Below, piece after piece: positions 40,870 to 53,438 of a stretch of DNA of 64,000 bases. The notes beneath the pieces were generated by a model. It did not search any database, was not told where the DNA came from, and was given only the letters and a program-made list of their open reading frames with translations. This DNA is from Gnetum montanum (lineage: Eukaryota > Plantae > Gnetophyta), in assembly GCA_015680685.1 (NCBI GenBank), contig MNCI01002402.1, forward strand, positions 62,001 to 126,000, in the 5' to 3' direction. Numbering within the stretch: position 1 is the stretch's first letter; each line of letters opens with the position of its first letter. Both the position numbers and the translations under genes were made by a program.

Positions 40870-42576
40870 TAGGACATAAAGGGAAGAATTATAACATGGA
40901 TGGCTTGTTCATTTGTTATGATGTCCTCCTTAATAGGAATAGAGGTCAACATCCAAACTAGCATTTCAGGGTGAGCAAAGCCGTTCATGACCAAATCATA
41001 TATGCTCAAGGTTGTATTTTTTTTTTGTTTCAAAGCCTGTTTGACTTATGTCAATGCATCTAGGAAATCCTTACCACTGTTAATTACCTTATTGGCCTTC
41101 ACCTTCTCCATGTGGCCAAATAGATAAATCTCTCAAGAAGGGGATTTGGGCTTGGCTTGTTTTTTCTGCTTTTGAGCTTTAATGCTCGATTGTTGATTGC
41201 TTGTGATGGCTGTTTTGATTGACATGATCATAGGGATAGAAGACAATGGGACAGGCTTAAACAAACCTAGCCCCATCGATTTCATAATCACTTTGTTAGC
41301 AATGTGCTCATTGGGACTCTTGAGCTACCACCTAGGCTACCTATTATTGCATGTAGGATGAGGCTTTCTACTGGTAGGGCCTAACGTAATCCCCACCACT
41401 AGACTTTGAGTAGGTGAGGAGTCTGCATGTTGAGGTGCCCTAATGATGAAGGGTGTCTAGGTTGCTATCACTACAACATGTTATAGGGTCCTAACCATAA
41501 AGGGTGTTATGGATGCCCAAGGTGGTGCTTTGATGAAAAAAGGGAACCTCAAACCGGTTGATACTAAGGCGGCCCAAGTGTTACCAGAGGCCACACAAAC
41601 CACGAATGGCTCTTGTGTCAATTCTAAGGCATTCTCAATGCTAATGGCATTGATAACATAGCCTCTGCCACTTGCATTGAGAGGATCTTTGTAGACTTTC
41701 ATTGATTGATTTTCCAAGTGAACTAGGTTGGTTGTATCAAGGACTAGTTTACCTTAGTCAATCATGCATTGCATTTCATCTTATAAGGGCATGCAAAAAT
41801 CCATGTCATGGCCACGCAATTGATGGTAATGGAAAAACTAGTCCAACCTAAAGTGTTTGGGGACTGGAGGTTTATTTGGTGTGGCAACTAATGGATCTCT
41901 AAGGAGCTCATAGTATTGATCATGGCACTAGCTAGCATCTTCAAACATCTACTTATACTACATGCATCCAGCATTAACCAACTAACCCAAGAGCTTTAAT
42001 GGCTTGATGGGAAACTATGTATACTTTGAGTTGTTCTTGCACTCAAAGTTTGACCTTGGGGCAACTGGCCCCATGGTCATCGATGGTGCAGAATCGTTGG
42101 TTTTTGTATTGCTAGAGCTGGATGCCTTGTTGTTGGCCAAGGGCTTATGTTTCTTGGCCATTGGTTTGGCATTGTTTGGATTAGCCTCGTTGGCCACTAT
42201 TGCAATGGTTGTGGTTGCCTTGCCCTTTTCCTTATCTTTCTTTGCATGTGTATTTTTATAGGCCATGTAGGTCAAGTCCTTACTAGCCTCTGCCACATCC
42301 TAAATGCTCTTTGTTTGGGCAAACATTTGGCTCAAGGAGTATAAGGTGTTGGCACATTCGGCCATTCCATGGAATAGTTGGAATATTTTATTAAAAATTT
42401 GAACAATCTATGGTTGTAAATTTAGAAGTAAAATTACAGCTTTAGTGTTGTGGGTTGATGGGTATTTTTGTAGAAGTAATCTAGTGGTAAAGAATTTTGA
42501 TGTTGAGGCCTTCTTGGAATACGAAATTAAAGTGCCAAATTATTCTTTTATTGGAGATTGGAAGATAGTACAATAG

Positions 42577-44174
42577 TGTAATGATGGAAAATATCAGCAG
42601 CTGGAATACTAAACAAAATCCGTGTACACAGTCTTAACCACAGATCTGTGCGAGGGCTATGCTGGAGAAAACAAATCCACAGTGCCCTGAACGGTCTTGT
42701 CGATCAGACAGGGACTTACTTAATCAGTAAATCGATGAAGATTATAGGTGTTTCATGGAATGATTTAATTTGATAAATCACGAAAGGAGAGGAAAACTAT
42801 GTAGATAAATTGCAATAATGACAACGTTAACATGACAAAGGGAATCGGGTTTAAGAGAAATGCGTGATTTCAAGATCTGTACTTTGACCCGAAAAAACAA
42901 GTATCTTGTATACAAAATTACAATGGGAAGACTCCGATTATCTTGTGCGAAACATACAAAAAATAATAAGAAAAACTGTTTAACAAGGAGTGCAGAATGG
43001 AGCTCGGTCTACCTTTTAAGCCAAAGACGGAGTGCAGGGAAGGTCAAGCTTGGATGTCTATCAACCAACTGTGTCTGATCAATAGATCTTGCCAACCACA
43101 CTAGATGATCTCGCGATCTCTGATCTACCTTCTTCGCTTTGGATAGTCTTTGCTCAAAACTGCCAAGGATCACCAATGGGAGAACTGTATTTTCGCCAAA
43201 ATGTATGATCGCTCTTGTTGCTAAATGCTTGAAAATGTCTCTTGTTTCTGCTCAAGGATGATAACTGCCAAAAGTTGAAGATGCCAGCCGCTGCTCTCCT
43301 TCGAAATAAGAAAAAGGTCCCCCTTTCTTCTTTCTTCGCCAACTGAGGTATTTATAACATGCAGAAAAGGCACGGCCTTGATGACACATGTCTCGAATTT
43401 TTCGGATACCGTTGACTTGATGAACTAGCTATGTCACGTCACATTGCAATGTATGCTGTCAACGCTTTTGCTGAAGCTGCTTCACGATTACACACAATAC
43501 GCTTATCAACGTATTGAGCGTATGGATAGCAAATGCGTAACTGCTTTAGCCTGCTTTACACTGTATTACACTTGTTTATGCTGCATCGTGTGGCAGAGCG
43601 TAACAAAGCATGGAAATGGTGAGTCAAGCTGTTTTACGCTCATTTACGCAGCAAAGCGTAGTGAAGCGTAAAAAATGATCAACTCGACGATAAATTACGC
43701 TGATGTACGCTGCGTAGCATAACAAGCGTAAGGTGATCAATCTGCAAAAAGAAAGGAGCCGATCTATCATACTTCCTTTGGACTTTCCCTTTGACCTTTT
43801 TGAAGCTCATTACGCTGCCTTATGTAATAGAGCGTAAATTCGACCTTGGACAAAAGACTTAGCAGGATATGTGAGAAGTCGCATATTACGCTTCTCAGGC
43901 CTTAAACTTCACCAAATCTGTTGAAGTAAGTCACCTTCTGATGTCAGACTATGTTAAGCAGAATTATGCTAAGCGTCATTACGCTATGTTGTGTAATGTA
44001 GCGTAGAGACAGAAAACATAGTAAAATTGGAATTTGTAAGGAAATTGGAGACTTGATGTCGAGCGCCGTTTTGCCTTGCTTTGACTTGTTCTACCTTCCG
44101 AAATTCTATCACGAACTTTTGCCTGAATTGTGAATCTTCACTTGAGGTTGATTCACAATTTCCACGGTGTTTCA
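42577..44174 (-). repeat. 3' LTR of younger Tat-like element
   Basis: Direct repeat of 53439-55016 with ~20 extra bp near 42736; adjacent minus-strand PPT CAAAGAGGGGCCAT. Confidence 0.95.
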
Positions 44175-45339
44175 ATGGCCCCTCTTTGTTGACGGTTAGA
44201 GGGCTTTCCCGAAAGATGTCGACAAAGAATACGAAACACCGGACTAATGAAAGTACCAACAGCGTTTATCAACAGGTACTCAAGTGTTGCTGTATCAACA
44301 CAAAGGAGTAGAGATGAAGGAAATGGGAGATAGAATGGTATGGGAGGAAACAGGTTCGGGGAAGACACAAATGAGTGGGTATAGATTTTTCACGCATAAG
44401 CAAATAGGCTTTCTCCTGCGATTACGTTTGCATGGAGTTATGCCTTCATTTTGTGTTAAAGGAGGTTGCATAGACGAATTGTGTTGCATCTTTGTAGCCT
44501 GGGTGAGATGTGTTTCACCCATTTTTCTGACCCCCCGCTTTTTTTTTTGCTTCCACCAGGCGAGTTGCGTTACTCTGGTTTATGGACTTGATTGTAATGC
44601 GAATGCGGAAAGCATGTGCTGCATATGTACATTTTGCGTATGGAAAGAAGATGGTCAAGATGCAAAAAAGTAAGAGCTAGGGGTAGGATTTATAAGGAAA
44701 ATAGGGATGCACTCCTAAGTGGATAGGCTAACCTAGGCAGCCATTTCAAAACGCTGTTTGTATTTCACTGCTCAGATGAACGCACCTTTGAACGACATCG
44801 TCGAAGCAAGTAACCTGCAACCAAAAAAGAAAACAAAGGATACCATTGTTCCTGCGAATCGCAGGCGAGGTTGTTGAAATAAGTACGCTTTGGAGAGATA
44901 CAAAGCAAAGAGGCCGTGAGAGAGAGAGACCATAGCCAGAGGCCAAAATCCTCAATGTAGATGCCCAGCCCAGCATATCGTTGCTAAAGGACACCAGACT
45001 CGTCGCACCTGACTGGTTATGTAAAGAACTAGCTAGGTGAATCTATGAAGCTAAAGCCTAATAATGATGATGAGCGGAGATTCCCAAAGTTGTAATTGAT
45101 GAGAACTCCTTTGGGGATCTGGATGGTGAAACTAACCTCTCAGAGGTACCACCACTAAAATGGGTGTAGTGATGGTATCTCCAAGGGGTCAGTAGTATGC
45201 CCTTCAGCACATCCGAGCGATCAGCAGAATGCCGGTGAGGTAGTGATGCTGGGGCTGTCCCAACATCCCACTCCGTTTGTCTTACGGCTACACAGAGATG
45301 ATCACGCTTGCTTGACTTATATGATGGCAGCTTGTGAGT

Positions 45340-45835
45340 CCCAGTTTTAAGTCCTGGTAGACTGTCGTTGCTAGTTTTAAGTCTCAGCAGACCATGGTCC
45401 TAGTTTAAAGTCTGGGCGGACCGATAAATGCTAGTTTTATGTCGTAGCGAACAGTGGTGAAGCTGATTTATGGTCTTAGCAGACCGTGCTGTGGGTGTCA
45501 GTTTTGTGTCATGACCCAGGGACAAGTTTGTGCTAGTTTTACGTCTCAGCAGACAAATGCTTACCTTTGTCAGTTGTATGTCATGGCGGATAGCCGGTGC
45601 CAGTTTAGCGTCATGGCGGACACGTGCAGAAAATGCCAGTTTTTCATCTTGGCGGACCTGTACAACACTACCAGTTTTACATCTTAACGGACGGTTACAA
45701 CTTGCCATTTTTACGTCATGGTGGACGATCAGTGCTAGTTTAGCATCATGGCGAACGCGTGAAGGGAGTGCCAGTTTTACATTGTAGCAGATGGTTGTTG
45801 CCACTTTAGTGTCATAGCGGACGATTATGGCCATA
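45340..45835. repeat. Tandem array of ~29-38-bp units downstream of integrase
   Basis: About 15 units with core GC(T/C)AGTTTTA.GTC...GCGGAC. Confidence 0.85.
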
Positions 45836-45860
45836 CTTGATGTTCACACTAGAGATGTAG

Positions 45861-47035
45861 CTATATGTAGTACCGCTTCAGATATATATGATTAACAAGA
45901 TTTGGTAGCTCATTGCCGTCGTTATCTGCTAGCTTGAATGCCCCGTCGCCATACACATTAACCACCAAGAAAGGGCCCTCCCAGTTTGCAAAGAATTTGT
46001 CCATTGGTTCGCGAATGGCCTTGGGAACTAAATCTCCCTTCTTGATCGGGCGCTGCTGGAGATTATAGTGATGCTTTTGCCTCTGTTTGACTTGATACTT
46101 CTGGATTGTATCAAGCATCTATATTCACTTCTCTTCTACTAAATCCAAATCCATGATCCGAGACTCAGTGTGTTGAGCCTCATTTATAATCGTGGAGAGG
46201 ACCATTCTCAGAGAAGGAATTTGCAATTCGAGGAGCAGCACTACTTCAAATCCATAGACTAGACCTTAGGGCGTACTTTCTGTAGCCATCCTATATGTAG
46301 TACGATATGCCTATAGCACATAGAATATTTTTTCATGCCACCGTCTCTTGTTGTTGTCGAACATTTTCTTGAGCATATTGATGATGACTTTGTTGTGGCC
46401 TTAGCTTGACCATTCACTTGCGGGTACTAGGGCAAGGAAAAAGACTGTTTAATGCCAAGGCTATCATAGAAGGATTTGGTTTCTGTATTACTAAACTGTG
46501 GTCCATTATCGGTCATGATAGTCATCGGGAGACCAAATTTGGTTACAATGTTGTCTAAGATGAAATGACAAATCTGTTGAGATGTGATCTTCCATAAAGG
46601 AATAGCTTCTACCCACTTCGTGAAGTACTCAGTAACGGTAATTATGAAGCTATGACCTACGAAAGATTTCTGTGTGATGGGACCTATGATGTCTAGTCCC
46701 CATCATTGAAATGGCCATGTTATCTGAGTCGTATGTAACTCTGTAGGTGACACGTGTATAAGATTTGCGTAACGCTGACACATGTCGCAAGTTTTAACCT
46801 TTGTGAGGCAATCTTTATCCATGTATGGCTAGTAATACCCTAAGTGATGGATTTTTGAAGCCATAGCCTATGGTGCTACGTGTCCTCCACATAACCCCTC
46901 GTGGACTTCGCCAACTATACGTTGTGCTTGGTCCTTGTTAACGCAAGTAAGCAGCACACCATGAAAAGAGCATCTACAGAGAGTACTGTCTCCTATGATG
47001 ACGTACTGCCTAGCTTGCTTGCAGATTGCATCTTT
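45861..47035 (-). pseudogene. Tat/Ogre-type integrase
   Basis: EVHEGLCGGH..GYY*PYMDKDC..VKTCDMCQ (HHCC), TWPFQ*WGLDIIGP, TEYFTKWVEAIP, TDNGPQF, C-terminal KFFANWEGPF..HIYLKRYY; stops and frameshifts. Confidence 0.92.
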
Positions 47036-47039
47036 CTAT

Positions 47040-48610
47040 GCTCGTGTTAATTCATGGGAAAGGGGCCCTAGTTTTGGAAGAAGAGGCCCCAACTGCTAGG
47101 ACTAGCGACGCACAGACTCTTGTGCGTGAGGAGAGGCAGGAGGCGGGAACTATTAATGCACTCCCCACTGTGACTGGCAGAGATAGTAAGCATATTGGAT
47201 TTCTTGAGAAGTTTTGTTAATAATTAGGATTTTTAACTAAATTATGTTGTAGGTGAAGAAGATGTATCCATGTCTGCCTCTGTGAGCAGAACATGGAGAG
47301 AGTTTCCTGACAAATTCGCCTTCATGGAAGGCGTTGTCAGCGATATGATCGAGCGCCTTGAGTGCATCGATCTTTGGGTTGGTATGTTATAGCTATAATA
47401 GGTTTATTTTATTAGAAAGTGGTAATGTTTTATTTATATTGATAATGTTTGCTGTCAGGAGCTCGCCTTTGATGGGACCTAACAGAGCCCATTGATTTGG
47501 ACATAGTGGAGCCTCCATCTGACAGGGTGGTCGTGCCACATAGCACTTATGAGGAGATGCATAAATGTGCATTACGTTGGACTCGCTCCTTGTGGGAGAG
47601 TAAGAGTGTTAATAAAGACCTCTAGAAAAGGCTGCAGAGGTCAGAGAGGGAGAAGGAGTGTCTGGCCAAAGAGGTCGGAGACTTAAAATCGCAATGCGAG
47701 TTCCTGTAGATGTGGAAAATGGGTGAGGAGGACTAGCACACAACTATAATTGACTACTCTTGCTACTGGACTGCATTCAGGAACAGTGTGCAAACTCGTC
47801 GGGAGTTGGTACAGCAGCGAATGCAAATAGAGCTATTATCTCAAAAAAGGCAAGACTGGAAGGATTTCTATTCAAGCATGCAAGAATGGAGGTAGAAGGA
47901 AAAAGATCACAAGCATCTGTATAAGTGAGAGTGTCTCGCTTATCGTCAGCACTACCGTGATTCTGCCATAAAAGTTCAATCCTTACGGGTATTCCTTAAT
48001 GTCATTGGCGTGTCCAAAGCCTTTGAGAAGTTCCAGGAGCAGGTGACACTAAGCGCATCACCAGAAAGAGAAATGACTCTTCCCAGGGGCGAGACTACTA
48101 TCCCTACTTTCTTCCCTGATCCACCTCGCTGGACTAGTATGGAAAAGGGGAAAGTGAAGGCTAGAGCTGCTCTGGGGAACGACATATGGTTTGAACTAAT
48201 GGAAGATAAGATTATGCAGCATCTATCGGTCGATTTAGAATAGCTTCCCTTTGCTGCAGAAGCAGGGCCATCGCAAGTAAGTTTAAACATTATTGAATCT
48301 AAATTTTCTGATTATGGTGTCAAGTCTTTGCTAATGTATTTGCTGTATACAGGTACAAGAATTGGAGGGTGAAAGCGAACAGGGTGGGGAACAAGCACAA
48401 GAAGAGGAGCGTAATAGCGAAGAGCGTCCTCTTGTGGAGCCGACATTGGAGCAAGGACCTCGTGGGGATGGCATTCCTTATGAAGGAATACCTTCTAAGA
48501 AGGATGGCCCACTTGAGGACAATTTATTAGGCTTGGAGCCTAACCTAAGGGATACGGGTGATAGTGGCACCAGGGGGGGGTGCGTAATTGTAACTTACGC
48601 ATGATTTTAT
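47040..48610 (+). pseudogene. Antisense accessory ORF of the Tat element (acidic/coiled-coil), apparently spliced
   Basis: Coding-like blocks separated by AT-rich GT-AG segments 47186-47252, 47382-47458, 48277-48352; heptad-like KRLQRSEREKECLAKEVGDLKSQCEFL; in-frame stops. Confidence 0.55.
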
Positions 48611-48787
48611 TGACGAGAATTGAACAATGGTTATATGAATGTTGAAAAGACTGGCATTAAGATCTTCTATATGGTTTAATTGCTATTTATTTTATTTAAT
48701 TTTTTTGGTTTTATATCTTGATTTGCAACGCGTAAGTGTAGTTGTTAAAGTTTTTGAATAAGTTACGTTGTTGTGAAATAGAATTGC

Positions 48788-49162
48788 TAGTTTAAGGCCA
48801 TTGCGGGCCATTAGTTTTAGGCCGTTGCCGGCCTTTGCTAGTTTAAGGACATTGTGGGACGTCGCTAGTTTTAGGCCATTGCAAGCCACTGCTAGTTTAA
48901 GGCCGTTGTGGTCCATGACTAGTTTAAGGCCGTTGTGGGCCCTGATTAGTTTTAAGCTGTTGCGGGCCATGACTAGTTTAAGGCCATTGCAGGCCCACTA
49001 CTAGTTTAAGGCCATTGTCAGCCCACTGCTAGTTTAAGGCCGTTGCGAGCCATGATTAGTTTTAAGCTGTTGCGGGCCATGACTAGTTTAAGCCCGTTGC
49101 GGGCCCTAATTAGTTTTAAGCCGTTGTGGGCCATGACTAGTTTAATGTTGTTGCGGGCCGAC
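48788..49162. repeat. Tandem array, 27-bp unit, ~14 copies
   Basis: Consensus CTAGTTTAAGGCCGTTGCGGGCCATGA. Confidence 0.95.
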
Positions 49163-49528
49163 TACGTAAGTCTAGAAGTGTATTTGATAATAATGTACAT
49201 TTCTGCGTAATTGCACTAAAATGATCAATGAGCATAAATAGCGTATATAAAGAAATGTAAGTGGCGTAATGAATAGAAAGCATAAATATGTATGAATATA
49301 TAATAGAAGATTGACAATGCAAACTGCTATGTGTAAAAGGCAAAATTAGTAAAGATGTGAAGATGTGTGTAAATGCCATTTAGATCAATCACTAATTCGT
49401 AATTGTTTCTTGATGGCCCTTATGTTCAGTGATGCGTAAGGACGGGGAGGTTTGCAGTCTGACTCTTCCACACCACTGTCCTGAAATGGTAGGTTGGCCC
49501 AGGCTAGACTGTCATCATTCGTTTTGGT

Positions 49529-52500
49529 TTATTCAGGGATTCGGGGATGGGTCTGATCATCCGATGTTTCTATCTCTGAACCCCGTTCTTCTTCGATATT
49601 GTTGACAGTCCTGGGGGTGATTTCATCACCGCGTATTACAACCTCTTCCCCTGCGTAAGGGAGATGTATCTCCTGATGGATTGGTAACAAAACTGCCCTT
49701 AGTTGGGCTAGCCAGGACCTCCCTAGAATTAAGTTGAACCCCGACATCTCCTCGACGATAAGGAATGTAGCATCCGTTGGGAATTGATCCCCTACCAAAA
49801 ATTCGATGTGCACAGTTCCCTTGACCTGAACCCGTGCTTTGTTGAACGACTTTACACATGTTTTCGTTGTGGGATTGATCTGGTCCACCAGACCCAACCT
49901 ATCCACAATGGGATAAGGAATGACATTTGTAGCTACGCTGTTATCCATGTGCACCCTTCGGATCCGGTATTGACCTACCCAGATGGTGATAAACATGGGT
50001 TCAGTTGTCACTTGACCTTTCTCAGGATCATCTTTGATGGATTCGTCATGAAAGGTCAACGAGGTAGGTTTAGGTCGCTCAGCATCAGAGGGAAACATGA
50101 TAGCGTGTATCACTTCCTCCTCCACTGGTAAAATTTCCTCCATAGGTATGGATGTCAGCATGCAGACCATGGCCTCACAATATTTTTGAGATGTCATGAG
50201 CAGGTCATAGAGGCTCAGTGTTGTGCTTTTTTGTTTTAGAGCCTGTTTGACCTGCGTAAATACGTTGAGGAGATCCCATTCTTTACTGGCTTGTTTGTCT
50301 CCTCTATCTTCTTCCATTCGCCCCAAGAGACGAATCTCTCGGGGTGGAATGGTGTCGGTCGGAGGGTTGCTCTTTTTCTTGCCAAGGGTGGGTGGCGGTG
50401 CTTCTGCATCCTTGTCCTGCCCAGGAGGTGCAGATGTAGGGACAGAGGCCAAGGGCCTGGGCCTAGCGAAGCCTAGCGTAACATGGTTTTTAGCGACATT
50501 GACTAACGTGTCCCCTCCCCTTTGTTTATTAGGTGATGGTTGGTGATTTGTGTCAGAAGCTTGCCCCTGCGTAAAAGGGGCAGCTGGTGATTTTGGCACC
50601 CTGAGAATGAAAGGTGTCTTAGGTGTGGGCACGGACATAGCCGCAGCTTTACTGTTACTAGGAGGCTGAGTTGACTCTGGAGAAGGTGCCCAAATGATGA
50701 AAGGTGGCCTTGAGGCACCACTAGCTGCCGGTGAAAAGTCTGTCCCCCTTGGTGAGTCAATAGGTACACGCAAAACAAAAGGTTGTTTAGGCGGTACTTT
50801 CCTTTCACTGTCCATACTCACCACGTTGATTGTGTAGGGTACATTATTTGCGTTCAACAGATCCTTGTACACATGCAACACTTGGTTTTTCGGACGCGTT
50901 GGACTACTACTGTCTAGTTTGAGTGAACCATCATCAATAATGCATTGAATATCATCTTTCAATGCCTAGAGGTAATCTATATCGTGACCACACAACTGGT
51001 GGTAGTCACAGAAATAGTCCAGCCTAAAAGACCTCGGAACTGGTGGTTCGTCAGGTAGGGCTAAAGAAGGATTCTTCAGTAGTTCACAATGATTCCTGTG
51101 ATGCTTCAGAGCTTCCTTAGATACCTTCTTAGTCTGAATGTATCCTACCCCTAATAGTTGTTTCAACAGTTCCGAATGTTTCACAGGTAGGGCTGTATAC
51201 TTTGAGCGATTTTACGCTCAAAGTTTGGTTTTGGCTGGGGGGGCTTTTCAGCGGCAGATGTGTCTTGGCTAGTGTTGCTCGCACTAGTCGTGGTCTTGGG
51301 TGATGCCGTAGGTGCCTTCTTGTTTTTGTTCTTAGCACCTTCAGCCAGCGCAGCTACCATTGTTATTTTTATTTTACCTTTATCCTTACCCTTGTTGTTA
51401 GGATTTTTGTAGGCGACATACGCTGAGTTCTTGCTAGTCTCCACAGCATCTTGGATGCTTTTAGTCTGGGCAAAGGCCTGATGTAACGAGCTAGGGGAAA
51501 GGTAGTACAACTTAAACTTGATGAAGTCATTGACTGCTCCCTTGAAGATGGCTAGCAAATGGGCCTCTGCGATTGGCTCACGGATTTCGTTCAAAGTAGC
51601 ACTCCATCGCTGTATGAACTTTTGGACTGGTTCGAGCAGGTCTTGTTTCACTCCCATAAGCTGATCTAGTGTGATCTCTAGCTTTAGTTTGTATTTAAAG
51701 CGAGTCACGAACTGTGTTAGAAGCTCTTCCACGGTTGAGATGGAAGAGTGAGGGAGGGCTCAATACCAATCCAAAGCTTTCCTTGCCAGAGACATCGCAA
51801 AGACGTGGATGATTGTGTGAGGCCACTACTATAACAACAGAGATTCAGATCTGAAGGTGACCAGGTGAGCGTTGGGATCTCCTTCCCCATTATATTTAGT
51901 GAAATGGGGTAAAGAAATCCCCAGGGGCAATGACAGCATGGGGACTGTTGGACTAATAGGATCATCTTGATAGAAGTCCATAATCTGTATAGTGCCTAAA
52001 CCAATGGCCTTAAGGTCTAACCTCCTTAGTGAGGGTCTAAATGAGTAAGAAAGCTTGATCTAAGCCTGTTGATGAAGATTCTTATGTAGGGGGAACAAGG
52101 GGTTGAACTGGAAGAGTGGTGCTAGGGAGTGGAAATGGAGGAATGGCTTGGCTGGCAGATGGTGCGGCAGGGATCCCTGCAGACAGAGGTGCCTATGAGG
52201 ACCACCACCCACCGATTTGAGAAGAGAGATTAGCCGCCACCGGCTGTGTAGTGTAGGGATGATAAGGATATTGTGGGACCATCTACAGAACATGCATTTT
52301 GGGTGCAGCCAAGGGTTGCACACCATATACCGCAAACTAGTTATGTTGTGCCATGGGAATGATCCATTGACTTGCGGTGGGCTGTTGGGCGGATATCTGT
52401 GGCTGAACGACGGCTGTGATTTGTTGGCTTGGAGGGGATGGCAGCAATAAAGTTTGTGTCAGATTTTGCATCGAGTGAGTTGTAGATATGACTTGGGGTT

Positions 52501-53190
52501 GGGTCTGAGGGATGAAATGGGGCATGATGGATGCTGGGACCATTGACGGAATGATGATTGCGTGTGGTGACGAGACCGCCCCCATGTTATTTTGGGGTAT
52601 TTGCACTTGTAGCCCAGATGACTGCGTAGTGTCTTACGAGATGACAAGAATGTGAGTTTGTGTGGTCATGGTGGGATTAAGACGGTCAACTTCTCCGTTG
52701 AAAGGGAATAAGGAATTTATGTAGGTATGGGGACTCAGAGTGTGATACGAATGTTCAGACTAGGCTGCAAATTCGTCATCTTCTTTCTCCCCATTCTGGG
52801 ATTCCAGCATAACCTGGGTAGCCTGACTCTTAGCCATGACCAATTATGTTATGATTTCATGGTAATGTTCTGTCAAAGGAATGATGTCGTAGGTGGTAGG
52901 GGTAAAATCCTGACCCGCTCAGTGGATCATCTCAAATTTTGTTTCGCCTCGATTTTGGCTCGGCTAAGGGCAAGCTTTGCCTGGATCTTGACGTAGATGA
53001 AGTTATATTCCTCAGGGGTCACCACGGTAAATACAGGATCCTTGCCCTATAGTCTCAATGACCGACACGACGATCCCTGAGGTCCTATAACACCAGAAGT
53101 TGGTCCAGTGACGATGATGGGGTTCACAGATGTGGCACCCGAGTCAGTTGTGATCATTGCGGCTGTGGTTGTGTATGCAGAATTCATTGG
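49529..53190 (-). pseudogene. Tat-like gag plus aspartic protease
   Basis: Gag core EELLTQFVTRF..LDQLMGVKQDLLEPVQKFIQRW; CDYHQLCGHDID CHHC-type knuckle; protease RRVHMDNSVATNVIP..FNLILGRSWL. ORF stops at 49529 before RT; frameshifts in gag. Confidence 0.9.
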
Positions 53191-53415
53191 TCAAGTAGAT
53201 TAACGATAATAAATGACTGGATCTAAAAAGAGGTGGACAAAGAAGATCGCAATTAGGCTTTCTACCCTATAGGATTCCAATGGAATCGTTACTGTGACCG
53301 ATCTACACCGCATGCTTTTTTGTAAACTTCCCTAGAGGTATTACGTTTACGTTTTGGAGACGCAGGTACAAATCACTTATAGGGCTACCCGTAAAAATAT
53401 GAATTGAAGCCTAGG

Positions 53416-53432
53416 CCCTCCTTCTAGAGCCA
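53416..53432 (-). promoter_or_regulatory. Primer-binding site complementary to tRNA-Asn(GUU) 3' end
   Basis: TGGCTCTAGAAGGAGGG against the plant tRNA-Asn 3' end CCCTCCTTCTAGCG-CCA (1 mismatch; tRNA sequence from recall). Confidence 0.8.
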
Positions 53433-53438
53433 GAAAAC

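Noticed and set aside
42860-44311. Short ORFs repeated at 53701-55017
   Set aside because: Repeated only because they lie in the two LTRs; no domain similarity.
48788-49162. Regular short repeats resembling a CRISPR array (also 45340-45835)
   Set aside because: Head-to-tail units with no unique spacers, inside a plant retrotransposon, no cas genes; the ORFs over them are repeat by-products.
49529-50962. 477-aa ORF as a functional host gene
   Set aside because: It is the gag C-terminus/protease of the Tat element, cut off from upstream gag by a stop, with a degenerate catalytic motif (DNS for D-S/N-G).
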